Assembly: GCA_963932905.1 (NCBI GenBank)
Contig: CAWVRN010000033.1
Span: 1 to 43,296, forward strand
Reading direction: 5' to 3'
DNA: 43,296 nucleotides
Source of the DNA: an uncultured Bdellovibrio sp.
GTDB taxonomy: Bacteria; Bdellovibrionota; Bdellovibrionia; Bdellovibrionales; Bdellovibrionaceae
A program made the position numbers and the translations under genes. The number at the start of each line of letters is the position of its first letter. The stretch's first letter is position 1. The notes under the pieces are model-generated. The model saw only the letters and a program-made list of their open reading frames with translations. It did no database searches and was not told the DNA's origin. Below are positions 1 through 8,900 of the stretch, piece by piece.

Positions 1-1345
1 TTGCTCTGAGCGTGGAATAACCAATGCCTAGAGCTTCCGACGCAATCTTTAAATTGTTTTGAGATCTTTTGATTCCATCTGAAATTAAGTTCTTTTCTAA
101 ATTTTTAACGAAAATATTCAAATCAGAAAAATCTTTGATTTGCGGAGTTGAGCTAACTTGATTTTCTTCAGCGAAAAATTTTGAATCCAAATGAATTGGT
201 TCAATCTTGTTTACAGGTAGAGTCAGCATAATACGCTCGACTTCATTTTCAAGCTCGCGGATATTGCCACTCCATTTATAGAGTTCCATCAATTTTATTG
301 TCTTCATTAGAAATACCTTGTCACTACCCCGGTATTTTTTTTGAAAATACAAAACAAGCGGACGGAGATCTTCTGGACGTTCTCGAAGCGGGTAAGTCTT
401 TATTTTTAAAACGTTAAGACGGTAGTATAGGTCCTCGCGGAATGTTCCATCTTTAACGGCTTTCTCAAGCTCTTTGTTAGAGGCGGCAATGACTCGAACG
501 TCCACTTTTTCCGGTTTATTGCTTCCAAGTGGGAAGAAGTCACCGTCTTGAAGAACTCGCAGAAGGCGGGCTTGAAGGTCCAATCGTAGTTCGGCAATTT
601 CATCTAAAAATATAGTTCCGCTATGGGCAAGTTTAAATTTTCCAACTTTGTCGGCAATAGCTCCGGTGAACGAGCCTTTAGTGTGACCAAACATTTCACT
701 TTCAAAAAGTTCTGGCGAGAGCGTTGCAACATTGAGCTGAACAAACGGGCGATTTTTTCTATCAGACAAATTATGCAGGGCACGAGCTACTAATTCTTTT
801 CCAGTGCCGGTTTCACCGTAGATGACGACATTGCAATCGCTGCTAGCGGCTGCTTTAATTGTTTTTGCTACTTCTGCTAATTTGGGTGATCGTCCAATCA
901 TTCCAACAGATTTAATAATCTCTTCGCAGTGACTTGGAGTGTCTTCTGGCTGAAGAGTCTGAAACGTATCTTCAAATTTTTTGCAAAACGATTTTAGGTT
1001 TTTTAGGAGTTCGTGGCTTGATATGCCTTTATCTAAAAACTCAACCGCGCCAGCAGCATAACTTGTTTTGATTGCCTCTCTCGTTTGATCACCAGAGTAA
1101 ACGGCAATAAGTAAATCGGGATTAACTTCCAGAAGCTTTTTCGTTGTTTCGGCCCCACTTAAAACTGGCATTAAGTAATCCATAATTATAACTGAAAACA
1201 GGCGTGGATTCTTTTCAACTAAGCGAATCGCATCCTGGCCTGAGCTAACCCAGTGTATATCCAAGGTAGGCTCAGCAGCTGTCGATCGCTTAAAGTCTTC
1301 AGCAATTAGCGGGTCGTCGTCGACCAATAGAACTTTGTGAATCAT
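1..1345 (-). CDS. Sigma54-dependent response regulator (NtrC family: receiver, AAA+, Fis-type HTH); 3' end runs off the window
   Basis: Not in the ORF track because there is no stop in the window. Hand translation from ATG 1345 (RBS GGGGG): MIHKVLLVDDD...IIMDYLMP (receiver), GETGTGKE (Walker A), ESEMFGHTKGSFTGA (GAFTGA loop), TIFLDEI (Walker B), FREDLYYRLNV, WSGNIRELEN, and ASEALGIGYSTLR (HTH) at the edge. Confidence 0.95.
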   Translation of the reverse strand, partial: MIHKVLLVDDDPLIAEDFKRSTAAEPTLDIHWVSSGQDAIRLVEKNPRLFSVIIMDYLMPVLSGAETTKKLLEVNPDLLIAVYSGDQTREAIKTSYAAGAVEFLDKGISSHELLKNLKSFCKKFEDTFQTLQPEDTPSHCEEIIKSVGMIGRSPKLAEVAKTIKAAASSDCNVVIYGETGTGKELVARALHNLSDRKNRPFVQLNVATLSPELFESEMFGHTKGSFTGAIADKVGKFKLAHSGTIFLDEIAELRLDLQARLLRVLQDGDFFPLGSNKPEKVDVRVIAASNKELEKAVKDGTFREDLYYRLNVLKIKTYPLRERPEDLRPLVLYFQKKYRGSDKVFLMKTIKLMELYKWSGNIRELENEVERIMLTLPVNKIEPIHLDSKFFAEENQVSSTPQIKDFSDLNIFVKNLEKNLISDGIKRSQNNLKIASEALGIGYSTLRA

Positions 1346-1391
1346 ATTTCCCCCTGACTGATCACGAAATGATCAAGTCGCTATGATACAA

Positions 1392-1407
1392 AGCAACCAA
1401 GGGGCCA
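1392..1407 (-). promoter_or_regulatory. Sigma54 (-24/-12) promoter upstream of the NtrC-family gene
   Basis: Minus strand reads TGGCCCCTTGGTTGCT, matching TGGCAC-N5-TTGCW with exact GG-N10-GC spacing, about 47 nt before the ATG. Confidence 0.65.
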
Positions 1408-1804
1408 CGTTGGGAAGTTGGAACCGAAAATCGGATATGTAATTGAATCCACGATGTATTCCCGGGTTTTATAGAAGTATCGATTTTTCGTTGAAAAAAA
1501 TAAGTGCTAGATTTTCAGCGCATAGAAAACTGATGTTTTTAATTCACAGTATTGATTTTACTAAAGAAAGTAGGCTTTTGACCCTAGAACGACGGTTTTG
1601 TAAAAATTACGGAGGTGAAAGCTAAATTTTCAAAAGCTAATTTCACCGCGATATCGAATGGCATGAATGGATTTAGTAGGGAATTGGCTCTGCCATTACT
1701 GTTCCGCCTTGGATTTCTTATTGCTATTTTATCCACAGTCTCAGCTCAAATCTAAAACAGAGCATCGTTTTACAGTTCGATTTGAGCCGCAACCATGGCT
1801 TTAA

Positions 1805-2434
1805 CTATACAACTTGTCGAAGGTTTACTTTTTCCAATTGGGAATGGCAGTGTTTAATCATAGACGAATAAAGAAAGTGGCTTACTTCCAAATTTTCAAT
1901 TATTGCCGTGTGCCGGTGTTGGGCGAAGTTCTCGATCATTTTCATCGTGTTTGGAAAATGAACTCTATCTGCTTCGTCATGAACACTGAGATATTCGGAG
2001 TCTACACCAAAAGACTTTTTGATTCGCGTCCCTACTTTCGAGCATTGCTTTGTGCTTAACCCTTCTAGTAACAGCGAAATACCAAACAATGCATCGGCTC
2101 CCTTGGTCTCTAATTCATAGTATATAAATGCCACCAAAGATTTTGTCGGAGGTGAAATAGGTAATAATTCAGAGAATCCTAACTTATTCAAATCGTCGAT
2201 AATTAGGTCATCGTGATTGAATTCCCCAGTTAAGTGCTGAATTCTTTCTTGAAATTCTTCTTTTCTTTCAAATGGTAGTAGCGATGCGCCAATGGCTTCA
2301 TATCGTGTGGAATTTTGTATTAGGTAATACTGTTGAGAAAAAAACAAATGACATGCTTGTTTGTTTTCAAAAGGATATTTGTCCAACATTGCCGAGATAT
2401 CTTCAATTTTCGCTTCAAATAGGGATCGAATCAC
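1805..2434 (-). CDS. Heme-oxygenase-like diiron oxidase (HDO / iron-containing redox enzyme)
   Basis: All-helical 209 aa with the HDO ligand set: HLTGEFNHD (E-x2-H), LLEG (E), HDEADRVH (H-x3-D-x2-H). Overlaps the upstream gene by 4 nt. Confidence 0.8.
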   Translation of the reverse strand: MIRSLFEAKIEDISAMLDKYPFENKQACHLFFSQQYYLIQNSTRYEAIGASLLPFERKEEFQERIQHLTGEFNHDDLIIDDLNKLGFSELLPISPPTKSLVAFIYYELETKGADALFGISLLLEGLSTKQCSKVGTRIKKSFGVDSEYLSVHDEADRVHFPNTMKMIENFAQHRHTAIIENLEVSHFLYSSMIKHCHSQLEKVNLRQVV

Positions 2435-3114
2435 GCTACCTCCTGGATATTCTTACCGCCGATTTCGACCTTGGAGCCCCATAAATCGTCAGTAATTTGT
2501 TTAACTTCTTTTTTGGGATAAATTTTAGCATCAAAAGAAACCTGATAGCTGACGGGTGTATTGTTATAGTTTCCGTCTGGTATGCAGGAGGCAAAATTCA
2601 TTTTTGCTAATGAATTAGAAACGCCTAAGTCTTTTCTCCCCACCGACACCACGGCATCAACATTTTCAATTTTTTGCTGAAGGACCGATAGCGAAGCCAT
2701 AACCGCAGGCATATAAATAAATGGTGTTTCTTTGCGTTTTTGCCAAGTAGGGCTAAATGCCAAATACTGTAAGGCTAATATGCGATTTACATTATTTTTT
2801 TTAAAAAAATCTCCAAACTGGGGCGTGAATCTACTAAAATACCTTTGCCCTGATTGCAGATTGGTGTTGGCAATTCCCAACAAATGCATAGTAACGATTT
2901 CATTTTTATATACGATAACTGTAATTTTCTGTTGGTCGAAAAAATCGTTATCATCCACCCTAGAGCTAATATGCAACCTATCTAAAATATCGTTCCAGTA
3001 CTGACGCCAAAAGTTAAAAAAAAGGGTTTGCATTTCCTTTTCTGAGTTTGAAAGTACTCCTCGTTGATCTAAAACTATATGAGAGTAATCGCTGCTTCTG
3101 AACGTGCCTTCCAT
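2431..3114 (-). CDS. GNAT-fold acyltransferase-like protein (remote LuxI/FeeM-like)
   Basis: Strong RBS AAGGAGG. DDNDFFD followed by beta strands, then YLAFSPTWQK (motif-A-like) and AVVSVGRKDLGVSNSLAKMNF (motif-B-like). The fold call is by pattern only. Confidence 0.55.
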   Translation of the reverse strand: MEGTFRSSDYSHIVLDQRGVLSNSEKEMQTLFFNFWRQYWNDILDRLHISSRVDDNDFFDQQKITVIVYKNEIVTMHLLGIANTNLQSGQRYFSRFTPQFGDFFKKNNVNRILALQYLAFSPTWQKRKETPFIYMPAVMASLSVLQQKIENVDAVVSVGRKDLGVSNSLAKMNFASCIPDGNYNNTPVSYQVSFDAKIYPKKEVKQITDDLWGSKVEIGGKNIQEVA

Positions 3115-3231
3115 GGCACCTCCTTTGGAAATAGGCTATTTGGATTTCACAGATTAGGCAAATTTACTTGATTTAGTTGAATTAATTCTAGATGTTTGTC
3201 AGGAGTGAAAACTGGGAACAGAGGTGATTTT

Positions 3232-3747
3232 TTGAATTCAAAAAAAAGTGAAAATTCATTATTTATTGGTGATCGCGTCAACGCTCTACTTTTGGAGAGG
3301 AAGATTTCAGTTGAGTGGCTGTCCAAAGAAATTAAAGTTCGGAAATCCATTCTCCTTCTATATCTATCTGGAAAACGAAAACCAGACGTTAATACAATTG
3401 AAAAAATAGCTAAGGCTTTGGGGATATCTAAAACTGAACTTTTAAATTCTACTTCCTCAAGTAACCAGTTTTCGAAGTACGACTTGGTCGAAATTTTTAT
3501 CGACTCTTTAAATGAATTTCAACGTCGCAACTCGTTTTCAAATATCGGTACAAATGAGTTTGCAGCTCTTTTGGAAATGACGAGTAAACTAGGTGGATGG
3601 AAAAAAGTTATGAAAATATTAGATCGTGAGATATTTGAGATGGACTTTAGAGAATCAAATTTCCAAAAAAACAAGAAGCACCTTCTTGCCGAATCTACTT
3701 CCCGCCGTAGTCCGCCTCTAAAGCCTACAAAAAAGAAGGCGGTTTAG
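3232..3747 (+). CDS. XRE-family HTH transcriptional regulator
   Basis: IGDRVNALLLERKISVEWLSKEIKVRKSILLLYLSGKRKPDVNTIEKIAKALG is an HTH_3 pattern. TTG 3232 follows GAGGTG; the ORF is open from 3196. Confidence 0.88.
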   Translation: MNSKKSENSLFIGDRVNALLLERKISVEWLSKEIKVRKSILLLYLSGKRKPDVNTIEKIAKALGISKTELLNSTSSSNQFSKYDLVEIFIDSLNEFQRRNSFSNIGTNEFAALLEMTSKLGGWKKVMKILDREIFEMDFRESNFQKNKKHLLAESTSRRSPPLKPTKKKAV

Positions 3748-3748
3748 T

Positions 3749-4135
3749 GTGCTAAAGCGTTCCTTCACTAGCAAGTTTATTTTGGAACTTAGAATGCGCA
3801 GAGGCTATTCAATAGCCTATATTGCGCATTTGATGGATTGCTCAATAGTGAAATATATTCAACTTGAAGAATATCCACTGAAAAATTCAGCAAAAATGCT
3901 TAAAAATTTTTTTAAATGCATTGAAATAACACAGGAAGAGAAAAGGGCTTTTTTAGATATATACTTCTATGATTCCATTGAAAAATTAAATGAAATGCAT
4001 TCTGTGCCGAATTTAGTAAATAATAATGACTTAGAAAAAGACACTAATGATTTTCCATTCAATGTTATATCTTTAGCTGGCCGTAGATCAATTGAACTTC
4101 AGAAAGATAAGGAAATGAAAAAAGATGCTGATTAG
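3749..4135 (+). CDS. XRE-like HTH protein
   Basis: FILELRMRRGYSIAYIAHLMDCSIVKYIQLE resembles an XRE HTH. Tightly coupled to both neighbours. Confidence 0.65.
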   Translation: MLKRSFTSKFILELRMRRGYSIAYIAHLMDCSIVKYIQLEEYPLKNSAKMLKNFFKCIEITQEEKRAFLDIYFYDSIEKLNEMHSVPNLVNNNDLEKDTNDFPFNVISLAGRRSIELQKDKEMKKDAD

Positions 4136-4865
4136 CTCCGATCAAACCCGTATCAAATTTGACAATTCGAGCGATCGTTTTGAATTTCTTTACGATTTGA
4201 CTCAAAACCTGAGTATTTATTTAAAATCTTCAGAAAATATAAATATCAATGTTCCGGACGAAGCCTCATTGAAAGAATATGAGGACAAATTTCTTGCTCT
4301 TCCTGAGGCCCTTAAGAAAGCCAAAATTCAGAATTTCATTCAATACTATGACCATTGTTGCGAAATGGTTTTGAGTGGTGCTACTTTAAAGGATAAACTC
4401 CAAAGCTTAAAAGCATACTGTCACACCTATGGATTGGTTATTCCATCTAAGGATGAAATTTATTCTTTGATTGATAAAGACACTTTCGTTGAAATCTATG
4501 ACAGTAATTTATTGCAACGATATAGAAGTCCGGAATGGTTAGAGACAATCTCTTATAGCATTTTAGATGTTGAATTAACTGATTGGAGAGAGCTTTTCTT
4601 CAGAGCCGAACAGTTTGTATCTGCTCAAATTGAAATTGTTTCCGCTTTGTATTCAGGTAAAATCACTCAGCCTGTTTATAAACCCATAGCGATTCATACG
4701 GTAAAGGAAACGAAATCGAAAAAACCGTATTGTGTTGAACTAGAATCTTTGGCTTATTCCCCAATCTATAGTCTTCAAGGTGATTTTGTTGGAGGAATAC
4801 ATATATTAAAACTCTATAATCTAAGGCGCCTTGATTTTGGTTTGATCAAAGAAGTAAGCATTTAA
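4125..4865 (+). CDS. Stand-alone PAS-like domain protein
   Basis: VEIYDSNLLQRYRSPEWLETISYSILDVELTDWRELF matches the PAS core pattern and VELESLAYSPIYSLQGDFVGGIHIL matches the PAC motif. No kinase or HTH output domain. Confidence 0.55.
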   Translation: MLISSDQTRIKFDNSSDRFEFLYDLTQNLSIYLKSSENININVPDEASLKEYEDKFLALPEALKKAKIQNFIQYYDHCCEMVLSGATLKDKLQSLKAYCHTYGLVIPSKDEIYSLIDKDTFVEIYDSNLLQRYRSPEWLETISYSILDVELTDWRELFFRAEQFVSAQIEIVSALYSGKITQPVYKPIAIHTVKETKSKKPYCVELESLAYSPIYSLQGDFVGGIHILKLYNLRRLDFGLIKEVSI

Positions 4866-5137
4866 TTCTGCTTACCGTAAATCTTGTTTTTTAAACTGAT
4901 TCGCTGATTATCAAGTATTGCATCGATCCACAAAATAACAAATTTATCTGGATCTTCTCTTAAAAGGTCCGCGAGAAACAAAACCTTATTTAGAGGAAAA
5001 CGTGTATAGTCACCAGATTCGGCGTGAGACAACGTTGAAATTGCGACATTTAACTTTCTAGCCAATTGAGTTTGATTTAAGCCTAATGCAATTCTTTTCT
5101 TTTTAAGATAGTTATAGAACTTTTCTTCTCTGATCAT
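4862..5137 (-). CDS. XRE-family HTH transcriptional regulator
   Basis: YLKKKRIALGLNQTQLARKLNVAISTLSHAESG. Likely start is ATG 5137 (ORF open from 5221). Confidence 0.88.
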   Translation of the reverse strand: MIREEKFYNYLKKKRIALGLNQTQLARKLNVAISTLSHAESGDYTRFPLNKVLFLADLLREDPDKFVILWIDAILDNQRISLKNKIYGKQN

Positions 5138-5277
5138 AGTTTCACTAATTTGTAAAAAGATATACCTGAGAAAAAAAGGTGTCAACTTATTTGCTATAAG
5201 AATACTCAAGCCGAATTTCACAAATTAGGAAAAATATATTTCGGTAAGATGTATTACCTACTAAACTAATGGATTGA

Positions 5278-5667
5278 ATGATTCATCCATTAGTTAGAAA
5301 AAAAATTCTTTTAGTAGAAGCAAATAAAGATTCAGAAGCGTTAACAAAGAGTCTATTAGAAACACAATTTGCAAACGAATTGCAAATTTGTAGTGCTAAC
5401 GCCATCCAAGAGGCTATTGATTTTTTAAAATCTAGCAAAATCGATTTCGTAGTAAGCGCATTCGTATTTTCCGATGGAAACGGCATAGAAATTTATAATT
5501 ACATATGCGAAAGCAAACAGTCGATTAAACTCGTTTTTTATACAGGACACTTAGTTTTTGAATTTCCGACGCAGGAGAAGTTCTTCTATGGATTTCTTCA
5601 AAAGCCGGACACGCAAAGCCTGATTGATTTCATTGAGCAAGTTTGGTTAGCAAAGAGTGAGCGATAG
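5278..5667 (+). CDS. Single-domain receiver protein, atypical (pseudo-receiver)
   Basis: CheY-like pattern KILLVEAN...DFVVSAFVFSDGNG...FYTG...LQKP. The phosphoacceptor Asp position holds Ala. Confidence 0.8.
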   Translation: MIHPLVRKKILLVEANKDSEALTKSLLETQFANELQICSANAIQEAIDFLKSSKIDFVVSAFVFSDGNGIEIYNYICESKQSIKLVFYTGHLVFEFPTQEKFFYGFLQKPDTQSLIDFIEQVWLAKSER

Positions 5668-5847
5668 ACTCGTAGTTTGCACAAAGATGAATTTCTCCCG
5701 CCAACTTCATTGACTCAATTTGATAACCTCCTGATCACTTCAGCATGGAGCAAGATGTCTATTTTGTTTATTATAGCATTTAAGTTGAATTAATCCTGTC
5801 GGAGAAAGGCGGTATCATATTTATACACAATAAAAAATTGTTTAGAC

Positions 5848-5875
5848 TAAAGTTATTTAATTTAGAGGCCGAGAC
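5848..5875 (+). promoter_or_regulatory. Possible sigma28 (FliA)-type promoter of the Rhs gene
   Basis: TAAAGTT...GCCGAGAC with a 16-nt spacer (consensus TAAA-N15-GCCGATAA). Imperfect match. Confidence 0.3.
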
Positions 5876-5908
5876 TTTTAGCGAACCAATTTTAAGGGGA
5901 GCCATCTC

Positions 5909-8900
5909 ATGTATCGCTTAACGGCTATCGCAATTCTATTGTATGCTCAATTCGTGCTTGCTCAAAACACCGCCGATCAGGTCAGCGTCTTTCCAGATAA
6001 GACCTACCGTGGCTCCTTCAAATCGGTCAATCAAGCTACCGAGACTGTTAGTGTCACTTCAGACGCAATCAAAAATGATTTCATAATTAAGCTAAAAAAC
6101 GCCGATGGCCAAAATCATGAAAATGTCGTCTGCACGGGCGGACTATTTCAAAAACTATCATGCGGCCTTAAGAATCTTGCCAACCTTCTTTATAGAGAGT
6201 TGGTTCGTGTAGAATACGCAGAAATTACTTGGAACGGCAAAAAAGTTGTCGATGCTAGCACCTTTAATAGAAACGTAGCCGCTGTTTCGATCTCTGTGAA
6301 ACCCGAGCTAAGCAATTCCCTAGTTATCAAATATAAAGGACTTCCTACTTCGTCTTTGACCCTTGGAATATATCGCACTTCTTCACCGAAGGACACTACA
6401 GCGCCGACGATACTGACGCAGCTCCGTAGTAGCACATTCACAAATCAAAAATCGGTGGCCGTGGAAATTCAGGATATTTCCAATGTCACATCCACAGTTT
6501 CCATCAATGGGGCCGTAGTTAAATCGTCAACGGCAAAAAGTTTTACCTTCGATCTTGTGAATGGAAACAATAATATTGAAATCAAATCTCAAGACCAGTT
6601 TAACAACACGGCTTCGCCAGTACTGATTTCAAATGTGGTTTTAGATCAAACAAACCCAAGTATCGCATTGTCTTCGAATGCTTCTATTTATGTTAACTCG
6701 CTACCAAAAACTTTAGCTGTCCAACTTATCTCAAACGAGTCTTTGAAATCGCTTCTTGTGAATTCAAATCAGGTTTCGCTTGATGAGAGTGGAAAAATTG
6801 GCCTCTATAATTTAAGCATTTTGCAATCTGGCGCCAATAGTGTCGCCGTTCAAGCGACAGATCTAGCTGGAAATGTATCAAATCAAAATCTATCGCTTTC
6901 GGTAATTCTCGACAACACCGCCCCTGCAATTTCTTTTGGAATAGCTGAAGGAACACTAACTAATCAAAGCTTGATCGTAATCCCTGTCAAAATCACAGAG
7001 GCCAATGATGTTCACTCGATAATAAAAGTTAACGGCGTGGATGTACTCAGAACCGGCGCCAAGGAATTTGATTTCGAAGCTAGTCTTTTATTAGAAGGTG
7101 AAAATCAAGTTCAGGTTGAAAGTACGGATATTGCGGGGAATACAACTAACTCTGCTGTCTTAAAAGTTTACAAAGATACGGTAGCGCCTATACTTTCGCT
7201 CACATCACCAAGTTCCGGTCAGATTTTACAGGACATTCAGTTTGTAGTTGCTGGTTCATTCAATGAACCAGTTTCTAGCTTTAAAATAAATGGGAAAGAT
7301 GTTCTTTTGTCTGCTGATAAGAAATCATTTTCAATTTACTATTTAACTCAATTCGAAGGAGTTCAGGAAATCGCCTTTTCCGCTGAGGACCTCGTTGGCA
7401 ACAAATCTGAGAAGACAGTATCTATTGAAATTCACTCTCCTCTTTTGGTTCCCGAGCTTATTTCTCTGACTCAATTAGACAACAAGGTGATAATTCATGG
7501 AGCACAGCAAGCATCTCGCCCTGGCTTAACTATTAAAGCGAGCGAGGGATTTTTGAGTTTCAATACGGACGAGTCTGTTGTCAACGCTGATGGCAGTTTC
7601 ACGCTTTCGCTTACTCCATTTCAAACAGCGACAGTTTCAGTTGAAGATCCTCGTGTAAATCAAAAGTCAGCGACAGCTGTTCACTTTTCGGGAACAACAC
7701 GCTTGTCCGGAATTATCCGCGATATCAATGACGTTGCGATTCCAAATGTTACCGTTTCATTATCTGGAACCTCATTTCAGACAGTAACTAATGGCCAAGG
7801 TGCTTTTAGTTTCGAACTTGATATTTCAGGAGACCAGACATTAAATTTTGATGGATCAACGGTTCCGGCTTCGTTCACAGGTCCAAATCGATATTTCTCT
7901 AAATCATCTATGTCTATAAATCTCGGCTATGCTCAGCAAAATACTCTTGAGCGGCCCGTGTATCTTACACCTGTGTTGCTTGATGGTACTCAAACGCAAA
8001 TCACATCAAATCAACCCGCGACTGTTTCAAGCTCTCACGCACCTGGCGTTCAAATTTCCATTCCTGCAAGCAGCACAGTATTTCCATCCGGAGGTGGTCA
8101 AGGAAGTATCAATGTAATGACTATTCCATCTGAAAAAGTCACTGTGCCTGTTCCAGAAAGCGCAGTGCCGAAAGAAGTCGTGTCTCTTGAACCCTCTGGG
8201 CTCAAATTTAATAAAAGAGTTGATTTGACCCTTCCTAACGCTTACGACCTGAAAGCAAATACCGATGTCGTTATTTTTAGTATGAACTCGGCAAAAGGTG
8301 CCTGGGAAATCGATGGGATCGCCAAGGTTTCAAGTGATGGGCAGTCAATTAAAACAATTCCAAATCAGGGTATTTCACATTTTAGTATCGTTTACGCCGT
8401 TCCCCTAATGCCGACTCTTACTAGCGTAGTAGACAGCAACTTAAGAGCAATAGATAGCAGCAAAGATTCGTTTGAAACTAGCATCCAGTTACCTAGTTTT
8501 AAAATCGGCGACGATTCAGTTTCTCCAAGTTTAGTTTACAAATCGAATTGGGCAAATCCGACCGCGTTTGTTTCTAACTATATTGAACTTCCTGAAAAGC
8601 ATGTGTCTTACTCGATTAAGGGATCTACGCAATCAAACACTTACACATCAGTCTATGTGGGAGAAACATGTTCTTTGTTTAAATGTTGGGACCGTTACGC
8701 TGACTTTTATCTGAATACATTTTACAGTAACAGTACAAATTTATTCTCGGCTTATGTTCCTACCGGAATCAAATCTCAGTTTTTTATTAGTTCCCTAAAA
8801 TCGAGTGACGCCATAACTGGTAATATTTCTAGTGACTACTCATTGGTAACTTCTGAACTCTTCAGCGATGGCGAGCGCCAAGGAATAATGTCCAAGCCAT

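Noticed and set aside
406..603. 65-aa minus-strand ORF
   Set aside because: Out-of-frame shadow inside the sigma54 activator gene.
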